Assembly (NCBI RefSeq): GCF_006345805.1
Contig: NC_043005.1
Span: forward strand, 90,520,001 to 90,584,000
Direction of reading: 5' to 3'
DNA from: Octopus sinensis
Lineage: Eukaryota
Length of the DNA stretch: 64,000 bases
The position numbers were made by a program, and so were the translations under genes. This document shows, piece by piece, positions 12,811 to 25,194 of the stretch. Under the pieces are notes generated by a model that was not told the DNA's origin, made no database searches, and saw nothing but the letters and a program-made list of their open reading frames with translations. Position 1 is the first letter of the stretch, and the number at the start of each line of letters is the position of its first letter.

Positions 12811-13389
12811 TGACCAAGGAAAACTATATGGTTGTGCAACCTACTCAAAAAGGAAGCTAAACTATTCCTCAAATCTCACTTTAGTTAGGAGAGAATAATG
12901 TGATATCACCCATTGCTGGTTTCGAATGTTGGGCCCCATGGAGGCAAAGGGTGAAATGTTGAAGCATGGTCTTTGAATGTTGGGCCTCACGGCAATATGC
13001 AGTGCTTGAGAAGACTTGTTAAGCCAAGTGAAATCGTAGTCATGGCCATTGGCAGTGCCATGTAAATGGCACATGTGCCAGTGACACATAAAAAGCATCC
13101 ATTACACTCTTAGAGTGATTTTGGCATTAGGAAGGGCATCCTGCCGTAGGAACCATGCCAAATGAGACTGCGATATAGTGCAGCACTCTGGTTTACCGGT
13201 TCCAGTTAAACCGTCTAACCCATGCCAGCATGGAAAACAGACGTTAAATGGTGGTGGTGGTGGTGGTGGTGATGGTGGTGGTGGTGATGGTGGTGCACTT
13301 TACCTAGGAAATGACAGGATGTGGGATATTTGGGACTGGAGAGCCCATAACCTCAGATCTGCTACTTAGGGGCAAGTATATTCCTAGAT

Positions 13390-13826
13390 GAGAGAGGCTG
13401 AGTGACAAAAAGAATGACAGGCATTAATGAATAAATTAATAAGTAAATAAATAAAAGAAAGAAAGAAAGAAAGATGACAGACAGAAATAAATAAAGAGAG
13501 GGAAAAACAGAAAAGAAAGATAACTAGAAAAAAGAAAGGAAGAAAACAAAATGGAATGAATGAAAGATGAAAAGAAGCAGAAATAAACGAAGAATAAATA
13601 ATAAGTTTAAAAGGAAAGAGAAAGAAACAGAAATGAAGGAGGCGGCAAGATTGAAAGAAAGGAAAGACAGAGAGAATAGAAGAAATATACAAGAAAAGAA
13701 GATAAAACAAGGGAAAGAGGATCCTTACCACTCTTTTCCTCGCCATTTCTCAAGATCTGCCTTCTTTTCTCCCGTTTTGGTCTTCCCCTCTTCCTTCCTT
13801 CATTCACTCACTCACTCACTCACTCA

Positions 13827-13857
<31 letters not shown>

Positions 13858-14170
13858 TTCGTTCACCGCCCTCCCTTCCTCTCATAATTTTCTTTCTTCG
13901 CTTGTTATTACCACTATCACCTCCACCCGCACCCCCATCACCCGTTCTTTTCCTTTCTTTCAACTATTCCCCCCCCTTCACCTTCTTCCCTTTCGACTCT
14001 CTCTTTCCTCCTCCCCCAATCTCTTTATCCTCTTTCTCTCTCCTCACACTCTCCACATCTTTTTATTCTTGCTTTACTTCCCTCTTTTCACTTTCTCCTA
14101 TTCTCTCTCTCTTTCCATTCACCGCTGTTTCTTCTCCTTTTCCTTCTATTCCTCTTTCTCACACTAAACA
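13390..14170. repeat. Purine-rich tract (13390-13715) followed by a pyrimidine-rich tract (13730-14165) upstream of PHGDH
   Basis: Direct reading: GA-rich then CT-rich low complexity, including (TCAC)n and (CT)n. Confidence 0.85.
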
Positions 14171-14485
14171 GTTAAAAATAAAAACAACTATTTCGATAAA
14201 TAAATAAATAAACCGTTTTAGTGTGGTAAACCACTTGCTCTTAATCAGTTTATATAGTCTGCTCAGTCAAGCGAGACCTTTGAGAGATTCACGCAAACCT
14301 TACTTTTCCACGAGGAAGAAAACTTATAAGCGAAGTTGAAAAAAAATACTACTTTGCAAGTAAAATCTCTGTAGCTGACTGTCCTGTCTGTTCACGACTA
14401 GTGGGTCATTTGTTATTAAAAGCGTCTGTCAGCCTACTTTGCTATCAGAAAAGAAATAGAGACCCTTTCAATTAAAAGCCGAAGC

Positions 14486-14620
14486 ATGGGTAAACTAAGT
14501 ACACCTCTCAAGGCCTTGCTCTGTGACAAAGTGAGCCAAGTTTGTGGAGATATATTAAAAGAAAATGGAATTGATGTTACCTTTTCTGAAACGAAAGATC
14601 AATTTCAAGAACAAATTGGT
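14486..14620 (+). CDS. PHGDH: D-3-phosphoglycerate dehydrogenase, coding exon 1 (MGKLSTPLKALLCDKVSQVCGDILKENGIDVTFSETKDQFQEQIG)
   Basis: ATG at 14486, 45 open codons, GTAAGC donor at 14621 (phase 0). Resembles the PHGDH N-terminus (kvLisD..C..ILqdgGlqV). Confidence 0.9.
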
Positions 14621-17600
14621 GTAAGCTGGTTTTTTTTTTCTTTTTAATCTTTTTAAAATGTTTTTTTTTTACAAGAAGCCGCCGCCTATTCTGCATTATA
14701 AGCTCTATATATAAAAGTTTAAAAGTTAGTTTTATATATGTATTTTGTTAACTTTCTTTTATCCCTTATCAAATATAACTGAATTCTGATCTCTAATTAC
14801 AACATATTTCAAAGCATGCATTAATTAAGCTACTGCAAATGATAGTTTAAGGGAATTATATTTTATTTTTTCTTAAGAGGACAACTGAAAAAACTTGGAT
14901 TTAAAAATAATAAAAACAATATTTAATGGCTTTGCAAGTATTTTGCAATATGAAATTGTGTAAAATATCGAAAAATCTTGAAAAAGAAAAAAAAAAGGAA
15001 TTCTATTTTATTCGCGACAGCTATTCCGAAAGTCGTTCTCTTTCTAATTTAAACTTTTTAAAAAGAAAACAATTTTATTTGGGGGCTAATACAGATTCGA
15101 AAAATGCATTTTTCTGAAAAAGTTTATTCGGCACCCCGCACCCCCATTTCTATATTGAAGTGTGGAAATTTCATTAAAACCGGTATGTAACGTGAGAAAA
15201 TATGGGGGTGAAAAAAATATCATCGAAAAATTAAAATTTTTCACAATTACACCTATTAAAACATTGTCATTTTATAACGCTTTGCTGGCAAATTCTTAAA
15301 TTTTCTTTTTCAATCCCTGACCAAATAGTTGCTTGTTTGAAAGTCCGCCTAATAGAACTAACCTCAGCTTCAGACCGAAACAGGTTTGCGCATATCTATT
15401 TGGGACATATTTTAAAGAGTAAAAATTGATTTTTTAAAAGTGTTTCTCTTCTAAAAGTGCTCCTAACTTCAGACTGTACACGTGTGATCATTGATCTCTG
15501 CTAGTTGGATTTTAAATCCAGGCAGTTGAATTTTAAAAAAAATTGTGTACTCTTTTTATTTGCTTTTCCGTCTGCATTTTTATATCGATGTATGAAATTT
15601 AAAACTTTCTGACCTTTTTAAATATTTAATTCATATAAACGCTCTGGTCTGTTATGTAATTTTTCTTATGCTCATTTTCATCGGAGATGGAGTGCGTGTG
15701 TGTGTGTGAGAAAGAGAAAGCGCGCGCTCGGATGATTCAATTAACGGCATTCTTGTAGAATAGCGTCGGAAATTTTTTAATATTTCAAAAACTATGTCTA
15801 ATTTTGTCTTCCACAACTTTGAGATTTTCGCTTTTAACTTTGTTTCATTAATATGAACATCCTTTTATATTTGTTTTAAAAAGGAGAAAAAAATGCGTAA
15901 CGAATCTGAAAAGGTTTTCGGAAAAACGTTTAAACCGAAAAAGTGTAAAAACAGGGTACCTAAAAACAGATGGAGGTTAGTTGAAACCCCAGCCAACCAT
16001 CAGAAATTTTGTAGAATCGAAATCCACAGTGCTTCAAACAAATATTTCCAAATAAATTTGAATGCCGAATTGATTTCATTCGTAACTTGCTTTACCGGTG
16101 ACCAGTAATAAAGTCACAGGAAAAAAATGTCACAATTTTGGGTAGTAAAAAAAAAGTCACAATTTATAGCATTAGGACAAAACCCTTGTGACTTTTTTTT
16201 TTTTTTTGCCTGAATTGGCTTTACCTACATCACCATCGTCGATTAACGTCCGCTTTCCTTGCTGGCATGGGTTGGACGGTTTGACTGAGGACTGGCAGAC
16301 CAGAAGGCTGTACCAGGCTCCAATCTGACCTGGCATAGTTTCTACAGCTGGATTCCCTTCCTAACACCAACCACTCTGAGAGTGTACTGGGTGCCTTTTA
16401 CGTGCCACTGGCACGAGGGTCAGTCAGGCGGTTCTGGCATCGGCCACGACAATGACTTCACTTGACACAACAGGTCTTCGCAAGCACAGTTTATTGCCCA
16501 ATGATTGAAGGGTGCTCTTAAATGGACTGGTTATGCTGCACTGGCATAGGCCACGGTTACCGTCTCACTTGGCTTGCCGGGTCTTCTCAAGCACAGCATA
16601 TCTCCAAAGGTCTCGGTCACTCGTCATCGCCTCAGTGAAGCCCAACGTTCAGAATATAACAAAATTCATTGATTTGCTTAAGTTTTCTAAACGCCTGCAT
16701 TTTGATAAAATGAAATTGTGCATCAATAATAAAGATTATCGCCCAGTACTCATTTTACCCCACGTGCCAATTTTTCCCACCTCTAATATTCACTTTCTGT
16801 CCATTTAATCGTGCGTAGGTTGTATGAACCCTGTTTATTTCTAGATTGGATCCAAAATGTTTACGGATATATGGTGTATTACATAATTTTCTTTGTTCAC
16901 TGATTGCCAGGTTATCTATTCTAGATATCGGCTATAAATACGACCGAGGGGGTGGGGTGGATACTGCAGGGCAGCGTGCTACATTCACATATTACAGTTC
17001 CACATTTGTAATATGGTGAGTTAAATACTTCCAGTTATTTGAGATCATCGTTTCATTGATAGCGAACGATCAAGAGGGCGTGCAGGGTTCTGGTTGTGCT
17101 CAAGCAGAATATCTTAATAAGTCGAAATAAATAATAATAAATGCGCCCTTTTAAAGCCTAGCCAGGCTCATGGGTCCGGTTTCCCACTTTCAATGGCGTA
17201 TGTGTTCCCCAGCGTTACTCGTTTTTGCCAGCTGAGTGGACTGGAGCAACGTGAAATGAAGTGTTTTACTCAAGAACACAACGCGTCGCCCGGTCCAGGA
17301 ATCGAAACCACAATCTTACGATCATGGTGCTGAGACCCTAACTACTAAGCCACGCGCCTCCACAATAACTCAAAATAATTGCTTCTTATTTAAGCACATG
17401 CCCAGTAATTTTAAGTAGATGAGGTTATTCGGTTATCTTGAGTCTAGTATTTAACTGGAACTTTTTATCGATCCTGTAATGATGAAAGCTAAGTTGAATT
17501 TGGTGGGATTTGAACTCCCACGTAAGCATTTTGCCTGATGCTCTAACGATATCGCAAAACGTGTATCTAAAACCAAAGATGACCTTTCGATCTTTCAGTT

Positions 17601-17898
17601 GTTAGGTTTGCATATTCTCTGTGGTTTATTTAAACACCCTTGCAGAATTTACTATCGCTACTAATTATAATGGCAACTTTGGAATAAGGTCACAAATTTT
17701 AGTTCTTATTTCTGAAAGATATTTTCCTATGCATCTGTTGTAATACCAATAACAGAATCACAGTCGACCTACGGAATAAGTAGTGAATTAAATGTGATGC
17801 GAAAACCGCGGTTTGAGTGGCACTTAGTCTGCAAAAGAATAGAATAGAGCAATTTTATGGCTGATGATCATTTTGTAAAGCAGACCATGCTGATCTTA

Positions 17899-17925
17899 AC
17901 TTCCGGTACAAAACGGAAGTGACGT
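17899..17925. promoter_or_regulatory. Two inverted ETS sites plus an ETS-CRE composite (ACTTCCGGT..CGGAAGTGACGT) in a CpG-rich patch of PHGDH intron 1
   Basis: The motif is directly visible. CGGAAGTGACGT is a known proximal-promoter composite in vertebrates; a function here is inferred. Confidence 0.4.
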
Positions 17926-20900
17926 AGAGAATCGTGTCTTAGCAGCCGACATATTATTGTATCCTATAAAACTGTAATTAAGTTAGTTTAATTAATCTTA
18001 GCAGTCACCATATGTAAGCAATGCTGATAATTGTATCTTCTGTGTGTCGGTTAAAAAGCTTCCATTCTCACCGACACGTTTTGTAGCGGAGAACAAGGTC
18101 GATATGACAGGGTTTTCAAAAACGTAGATCTTGCATAAGTCTGCCAAAATATCTCGGCAGAACTTTCGAGAGTGGACAGAAAAAGACTTGGAAGTGGTTA
18201 TCATTTTATTTATATTATTACTACCTTCATTAGCAATTACTGCATCTTTGCAGTTTTCTATAAAATCATACACGCCGCTTCGCTGTTGACCTGCATTTCA
18301 AAGTGAAACAAAATGACAAGAACAGAGGAATGACAATATAAAATATCTCAATTACTTCTTGCAATTTCAGTTTACCGTTTCCTTAAAACATTCTTGTGGT
18401 TATTTATTTGCGATGGCATTGCCAATGTCTGCCATACCAATGATTTTACCACGCATCACTCATTTCACGACTCGCATTTATGGGGAAAACAACATTACAA
18501 ATTTCTTCACAAATTCTTGTATCAAGTCATTGTCCATAGTTTCCAAATGACTTCTTTGTAAATTGTAATTCAGTTTGATGTTTGTACTTCAAGTCGAAAA
18601 GGCTGATGAAAAAAAAATCACATGCTATACAAGGTAAAAGCGAAGTTCCATAAGCGCAAGGTAATTTTTATTGTGGCAATTATACCATTATATATTTTAT
18701 CCTATGTTTCATTGGCGTGTAGTTCTTGACTCCTGTGTGATTTGAATTCAGAATTTAAAGGAAGAGGGTTTTATTTTTATTCTTTGTTCCTTATCTTTGA
18801 GTTTGTATTCATTCTTTGAGAACATTGTCATTCTATAAGATGTTGCTGGCAAATTTTTCACTTGCTGTGGTAAGTTTTTTTAAATCCGCACAAATGGTTT
18901 CAATACAGTTTTCACAGAAAGATTTGGAAGAATTATATGAAAGTTCTCCAGTAATTTTCTTTCATGTAAATGTTGTGCTAATGGAACATAAAGGGGCACC
19001 ATTTGAGTGTGATCGTTACCAGCGTCGCCTTACTGGCACTTGTGCCCATGCTAGTAGGGTGCCAAGAGCACCATCCGAGCGTGATTGTTGCCAGAGCAGC
19101 CAACTGGCTTCTGTGCCGGTGGCACGTAAAAGGGCACCATTCGAGCGTGATCATTACCAACGTCGCCTTACTAGCACCTGTGCTGGTGGCATGTGTAAAA
19201 AGATTTGAGCGAGGTCATTGCCAGTACCGCCTGACTGGCCCCCATGCCAGTGGCATGTAAAAAGCACTCACTACACTCTCAGAATAGTTGGCTTTAGGAA
19301 GGACATCCAGCTGTAGAAACTCTGCCAGATCAGATTGGAGCAGCCATCTGGTTCACCAGCCCTCAGTCAAAATCGTCTAACCCATGCTAGCATGGAAAGC
19401 AGACGTTAAACGATGATGATGATGAGTGATGATGTTAATTTCAAAATTTGCCACCAAAATCTTATAAAATGACAGATTTCTAAAAGATGTACATAGACAT
19501 TTATTTACATGAAAGGAAATTACTGGAGAACCTTCTAATTCTTCCAAATCTTTCTCTTAAAAAAAATTCCCCCACAAATGGTGTCAATACAGTTTTAAGA
19601 CAGCAACTGGTCCCACACCACTTAGAGTTGGATAAAATAAAGTATCCATCAGAAACTGGTATCTTAATCCACTAACACTTTCTCCTGAAAAGTGAGGTTT
19701 ACGTCTCTTTGAAATTATAATTTAGGTCGATTCAATCAACTATATCCTTCCTATTCACCTACATCTAGTTATTTGGTCCACATACGCATACAAAGGTTTA
19801 GAAACCCTCTGTGTAAAAGTACTCTACTATAAAACTGAAATTGCTTAATACACGTTGAACAAAGACAGTAATACATTCAGTATTTTTCTCCATAACTTGA
19901 AGGAAAATAATTTTTCTAATGAATTTTCAACAGATGCACCCCAGATGGTGTAGATTCCAATTATATTGGAATCTGTTGTGTAATTTGTTCCAGGGGTGAG
20001 GAGATGATTTTCGGAAAATTCACGAGTCAGATTGGTTTCCTAGTAACTTTCAGAAAAATGGGTGCTTCTTTGTGAAATTTGCTACGGATACCTTTCAGTA
20101 GTGGCGGACTGGGTTTTTAAATATTGGTTGCCAAGAGACACCTGCAACTACAATGCTATCATTAAATTTTTGTTTTCTTTGCTGTCCACAAATAGTCACG
20201 CTGAAGTAATGCATTCTTCCAGGAGTGAATTAAAAAATTCTCAAACTTGAGGGGATGGGCCCCTATATATGGATTCTAATGACACAGGGGCCCACTTGCC
20301 ATATGACAAGCTGGCAACCTGGCCAATCCGCCACTGCCTTTCAGCATGTGCAGATTACGATTTGGTATGAAAAGGAAAAAATTGATGGGTGCGCACGCAT
20401 TCATATTGACATGCATCATAATTTTTTTCGAAATTTCAAGTTTCATTTTCAGATGTCCATGTGACATGTGCAGGCTCTCCAATTTATGAGGAAACGGTCG
20501 GATGGGGGCACACTTGTTTAGGTATGCCTAATATATATATTTAGGTAAATTTTAGGAAGTACATCCGCACGCATTTCACTAAGAAAACCAGATTTTTTTT
20601 TTGCGTGGAATCAAATACCTGCAGACACCTTATTTTTGTTTAAAAAAATGGGGGTGGAGTGCCCCCCTCCCAGAATCATTGGAAATTTTTTTCGGTGAAT
20701 GAATTACGGTAGTCTAATGTGCCACAAAACACATTTTTTTGTCTGGAAGAGGAGGGGTAGGGCGGAACTCTTGGAAATTTCACACACACACACACACATT
20801 TTCATGGGGAAAATTTTTATTGCTGTTTCTTTCTTTACCCATAATTTTAGATAACATTTTGCAGAAATATGTTTTCAAGAGGGGATTACATAAGATTGAA

Positions 20901-22853
20901 AATTCAAACAAGCTTCAAAAGAATAAGTGAAAATGCTGAATTTATAAATTTTTTAAAATAAAGTTATGAGGAAACAAAATGCATGATTATAGAAATACTT
21001 GATGCTATCATGCTGCCGTTTCATCCCCGGAGTGGTACTAGAAAAGACAATTCTTAACAAGACTGCAACCTGGAAAGACAATTGCATTTATGCCGTTGAT
21101 TGATTCTCTGGTCATTTGTTTGTGAAAAATGTGTCCAGTCCCATTGCAATTTAATGTTTAATTTGGTTTATCCTCCTTTTAATGTACATACTTGAGCAAT
21201 GGGTGAATTATTCAAGTCAAATAAATCATCAGTTGTAACCTGTGTGTTGAAGGCAAAATGAATGTCTTTAGTATGAGAAGTTGTCACTAGTTTTACTCCG
21301 GTGATTAGAAAATAACATCAGTCTGGTTGGTTAATATCAGCATTTATTAAGGCCTCATCAGGAACATGTTACTCATTCTTGTCCAAATTTGCTTATACTA
21401 TAAATGATTTATAGCTATTTATAGTATGTACATACCTGGAAAAAACTGAATTGATCTTCCTAATTTTCTCAATGGTACAAGCATTGAAGGTAATGTAAAT
21501 TAAGACACTAAACAGTGGTGATAGGATGTGAAGAAGAATGTAAAGTAAATTTACAACGAGACTAAATATATGCACTTAAAAATATGTAAGTCTACCTTGC
21601 ATTTCCTCTTATCCTATTGTTGTGTTGTGCTTCTATTAATTAATACATACACACTATTTCATTATGTAAATTTGGTGATGCAAACAATAGGACTCAAAAC
21701 ATGAGTATATCATTATCATTTAATGCCTGTTTTCCATGCTAGCATGGGTTGGATGGTTTAACAGGAGTTGATAAGGCTGGGGGGCTTCACCAGACCCCAA
21801 TGTCTGTTCAGGTATGGTTTCAATGGCTGGATACCCTTCATAGCATCAACCCCCTTACAGTGTGTACTGAGTGCTTTTTTGCATGGCACCAACACCAGTG
21901 CATTTTATTTGGCACCAGCACTGGTATCAATTCTGCATAAATGTTTTGTTTTTTTATATTAATATTTAGCAGAAGCAACAGAGTGACTCAAGGGCTGAGA
22001 GTTTCGTGTGTTACCACTTATCAAATGTAGATACAGGAATTTCTGACATGTGTTCAACTATGTTCACCATAATTTCCAGTCTGTTGTTGTGTGGTGGTTT
22101 GCATGTCTCAATGACTATGTGAGCTGTGCCAGCTCCTAGTAGGGTCTCCATGCTGGGCAGGTCAAAGATTAGAAGCCAGACTAATATATACTACCTATTC
22201 CCAGACATAAAAATGGATTTGCAAAAGGGCCAAGACCCCTACTTAGTAACAAGGCAAGTTACAGAAGCGTTACTGACACATTCAAAACTGACAAGACTTG
22301 GGAGAGGAAAGCCTTCCCTCAAGGAAAGACAGCTCTGAGTAATAACAGTGAAGTGTTGTCAATGACCTATGCTCAAGGATTGGAAGGCTTAAGTGATTCA
22401 ACTGAGTGGCTTGTTAGTGCTGAGATGTTTTAAGGATTATGTAGACTAGAAGTATATCAGGCTTAATCATTTAGCATTTAAACCGGACATATCTGGCCAA
22501 AATTTTGTGTTTTATGCTCAAATGTCCCAGATTTCTCCTCTCACACCTGTACTACAATGTCATTCTAAACATACACAATCACCATTAACATCTCAAAGCT
22601 ATGAGATAAAGCAAAATCAATTCAAAACAATGTGAATAAATAAAAATTAAATTTGAGAGAATCCTAAAGTGTTAAGCATAGATACAACTAAACCAAAGTA
22701 ATTAAAGATGAAACATGTTTTTCAAAAATAGTATTTAAAGCATTAAGAGTAAAAAATGGAAAATGTTTAAGTATACCAAATAACCAATAAGTTTAGATTG
22801 AGAGTATATCTAATTTTATGAGGTTAATAGATTTCTATCTTTTCATTTTTCAG

Positions 22854-23005
22854 TCTGCAAACATACTTGTTGTTAGGTCAGCCACAACGGTGACTTCCGA
22901 CTTGTTAGATGAAGCGAAACATCTGAAATTGGTTGTTCGAGCTGGGACTGGTGTTGACAATGTCAATATTGAAGAATGTTCCAAACGTGGTGTTCTTGTA
23001 ATGAA
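22854..23005 (+). CDS. PHGDH: PHGDH exon 2 (SANILVVRSATTVTSDLLDEAKHLKLVVRAGTGVDNVNIEECSKRGVLVMN)
   Basis: tttcag acceptor, GTAAGT donor, 152 nt. Hallmark VRSAT and RAGTGVDNV motifs. Confidence 0.97.
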
Positions 23006-23664
23006 GTAAGTGAAGATTAGCCAACTCTGTTCACTTCCATCTCTCCTGTGGTATTTTGTTGATTTCTCTAATGATACGTTGTTGTTTTTTTGTATGTCAG
23101 CAGCTATTCTCATTTGAACCATCTCTTGTATCTTACCATTTAAGTAATGAAGTGGTTTGCGTTTGCTTTTATATCTGAGAAACTCTGTTCTTTTCTGTTT
23201 TAGCAATGGCTCTGCTAAGATGTCATATTTTAGGTGAGCCTCTCCCCTTTCCCAAAAAATAATGAAATGTAAAGAGATACTTTAGAACACACACAATCAT
23301 TGCTGCTACCATTTAAAGTCTGTTTTCCATGCTGGCATGGTTTAGACAGTTTGACCAGAACTGGTAAGCCAGAGAGCTGCATCAGGCTCTAGTCATCTGT
23401 TCTGGTTTGGTTTCTACAGCTGGATGCCCTTCCTAACACCAACCACTTTACAGAGTGTGCTGAGTGTCTTTTATGCATTGCACATATACAAATACATGGT
23501 GGGGTTTCTTTCATTTTCTGCCTACAATATCCATTCACAAGGTTTTAGTGTGGACCCTGGTTGAGAACCACTCCCTTAAGAAAGAAGTTTGCATTGTGGA
23601 ACCAGTCATTTTCAGGTGAGATGGTATGAAAAGGTTTAAGAATGCACACACACGTGTGTGTGTG

Positions 23665-24530
23665 CTTGAGGTCTGATAAATAAGTAATCCAGACTGTTGC
23701 CTTGGTAACAAAGCTAAAGCACACAGTAAAGCCACTTAGCAGAGATTGAACTTGAGCTCTGCTGTGCATGCACACTGTTTTAACGTTTCAGCTCACTTCT
23801 GCTGTTTACAGCAATGCTTGGAAGGAAGGTGTGTAGCGTGTGGTTATCACATTGACTAGGAAAGAAAAAGGTGTCATGGCAATACCTGCTCAGAGGCTTA
23901 CAAAGTTTCAGAAAGTGTATGCAGAGGAGTGTATGAGCTGCACACAAGTGTATGAATAGTTCAGATGTTTCCGAAAAAATGTCTATATCGACAAACATTC
24001 TGGGAGACCCACAACCAGCCAAACTGAAAAAACACCTCACGAATGTGCCTGCAGCTGTTAGGGTAAAGATAATTGATTCACCATCCATGAGTTATCAGAT
24101 TAGTTATGGTTCAACACAGTCCATTATCATTGGAGGTTTGGGTACCAGATGCATGTCTGCTAAGTTTGTGCCAAATCTGCTTTGAGTTGATCAAAAAGCC
24201 ACTTGAGTTTCAGTTGTATAAGATCTCCTTGATTGTGTCGAGAATGATAAAAATTTTTGGAAATTTTGTATAGGCCTCTGGGCAGGTATTGCCAAGCTTT
24301 TCGCAAAATTTGATGCAGATTCTCTGCTCAACTTTCTCTGTCATGATCAATGCGATGATCACATGCTACACACCTTCCTTCCAAGCACTGCTGTAAACAG
24401 CAAAAGTGAGCTAGAACATTAAAATTTAGTGTGCATGCACAGCAAAGTTTTTATTCAATCTGTGCCAAGTGGCTTCACTCTGCATGCTTTAGTTTTGTTA
24501 CTATGGCAGTCCGGATACTTATTGATCAGA
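23665..24530. mobile_element. Internally deleted mariner derivative with long inverted ends (PHGDH intron 2)
   Basis: gaggtctgataaataagtaatccagactg at the left end and its reverse complement at the right end. Both arms include the transposase N-terminus (TCSEAY..ECMS.TQVYEW). Confidence 0.7.
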
Positions 24531-25128
24531 ACACACACACATATATCATTCATCATCATCATTTAACGTCCGTTTTCCATGCTAGCATGGGTGTAACGGT
24601 TTGACCAGGGTCTGGGAAGCCAGGAGGCTGCACCAGGCTCCAGTCTGATCTGGCAGTGTTTCTACAGCTGGATGCCTTTCCTAACATCAACCACTCCGAG
24701 AGTGTAGTGGGTGCTTTTTATGTGCCGCCAGCACAGGGGCCAGAGGAGGCTGGTTAATGGCCATGATTGGTTGGTGCTTTTATGTGTCACCGACACGGAC
24801 GCCAGTCAGGTGGTGCTGGCATCTGCCACGTTTGGACGATGCTTTTTACGTGTCACCGGCATGGGTATCAACCAAATTCCACCCACAAAATACTGGCCAA
24901 TCTGTGACTGTTAGAAAACATTTGTCTAAGGTGCCAAGTGCAAAGAACTGAGATTGAACACGCAATCTATAATTGCAAAACAAACTTAATTACACAGCCA
25001 TGTCTACACACAGAGTAAAAAATCCTTTTTCTTTCTTTTATCTTTTCAGAAGATTTACATCTTGTACTTAAGATTTTATTTTTCACTATTTCATTTTTTT
25101 AAATATATTTTTTTGTTTTGTTTTCCAG

Positions 25129-25194
25129 TACTCCTATGTCCAACACACTGAGTGCCACAGAACATACATGTGCTTTAATTATGGCCCTCAGCAG
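25129..25194 (+). CDS. PHGDH: PHGDH exon 3 (TPMSNTLSATEHTCALIMALSR)
   Basis: ttccag acceptor, GTTAGT donor, 66 nt, phase 2 to phase 2. Matches the TPxxNxxSxxExT motif. Confidence 0.95.

Noticed and set aside
13384-14207. ORFs of 100-120 aa (F/L/S-rich or K/E/R-rich)
   Set aside because: Low-complexity purine and pyrimidine tracts with no splice or homology support.
14290-14340. Minus-strand GTAAGG donor near the PHGDH promoter, suggesting a divergent gene
   Set aside because: No downstream in-frame coding exons found in 1-14.2 kb, which is repeat-dominated.
18376-18602. Minus-strand segment bounded by good splice sites, upstream of the 17998-18290 ORF
   Set aside because: All three frames contain stops, and the phase-compatible frame has TAA just before the donor. 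At best a non-coding exon.
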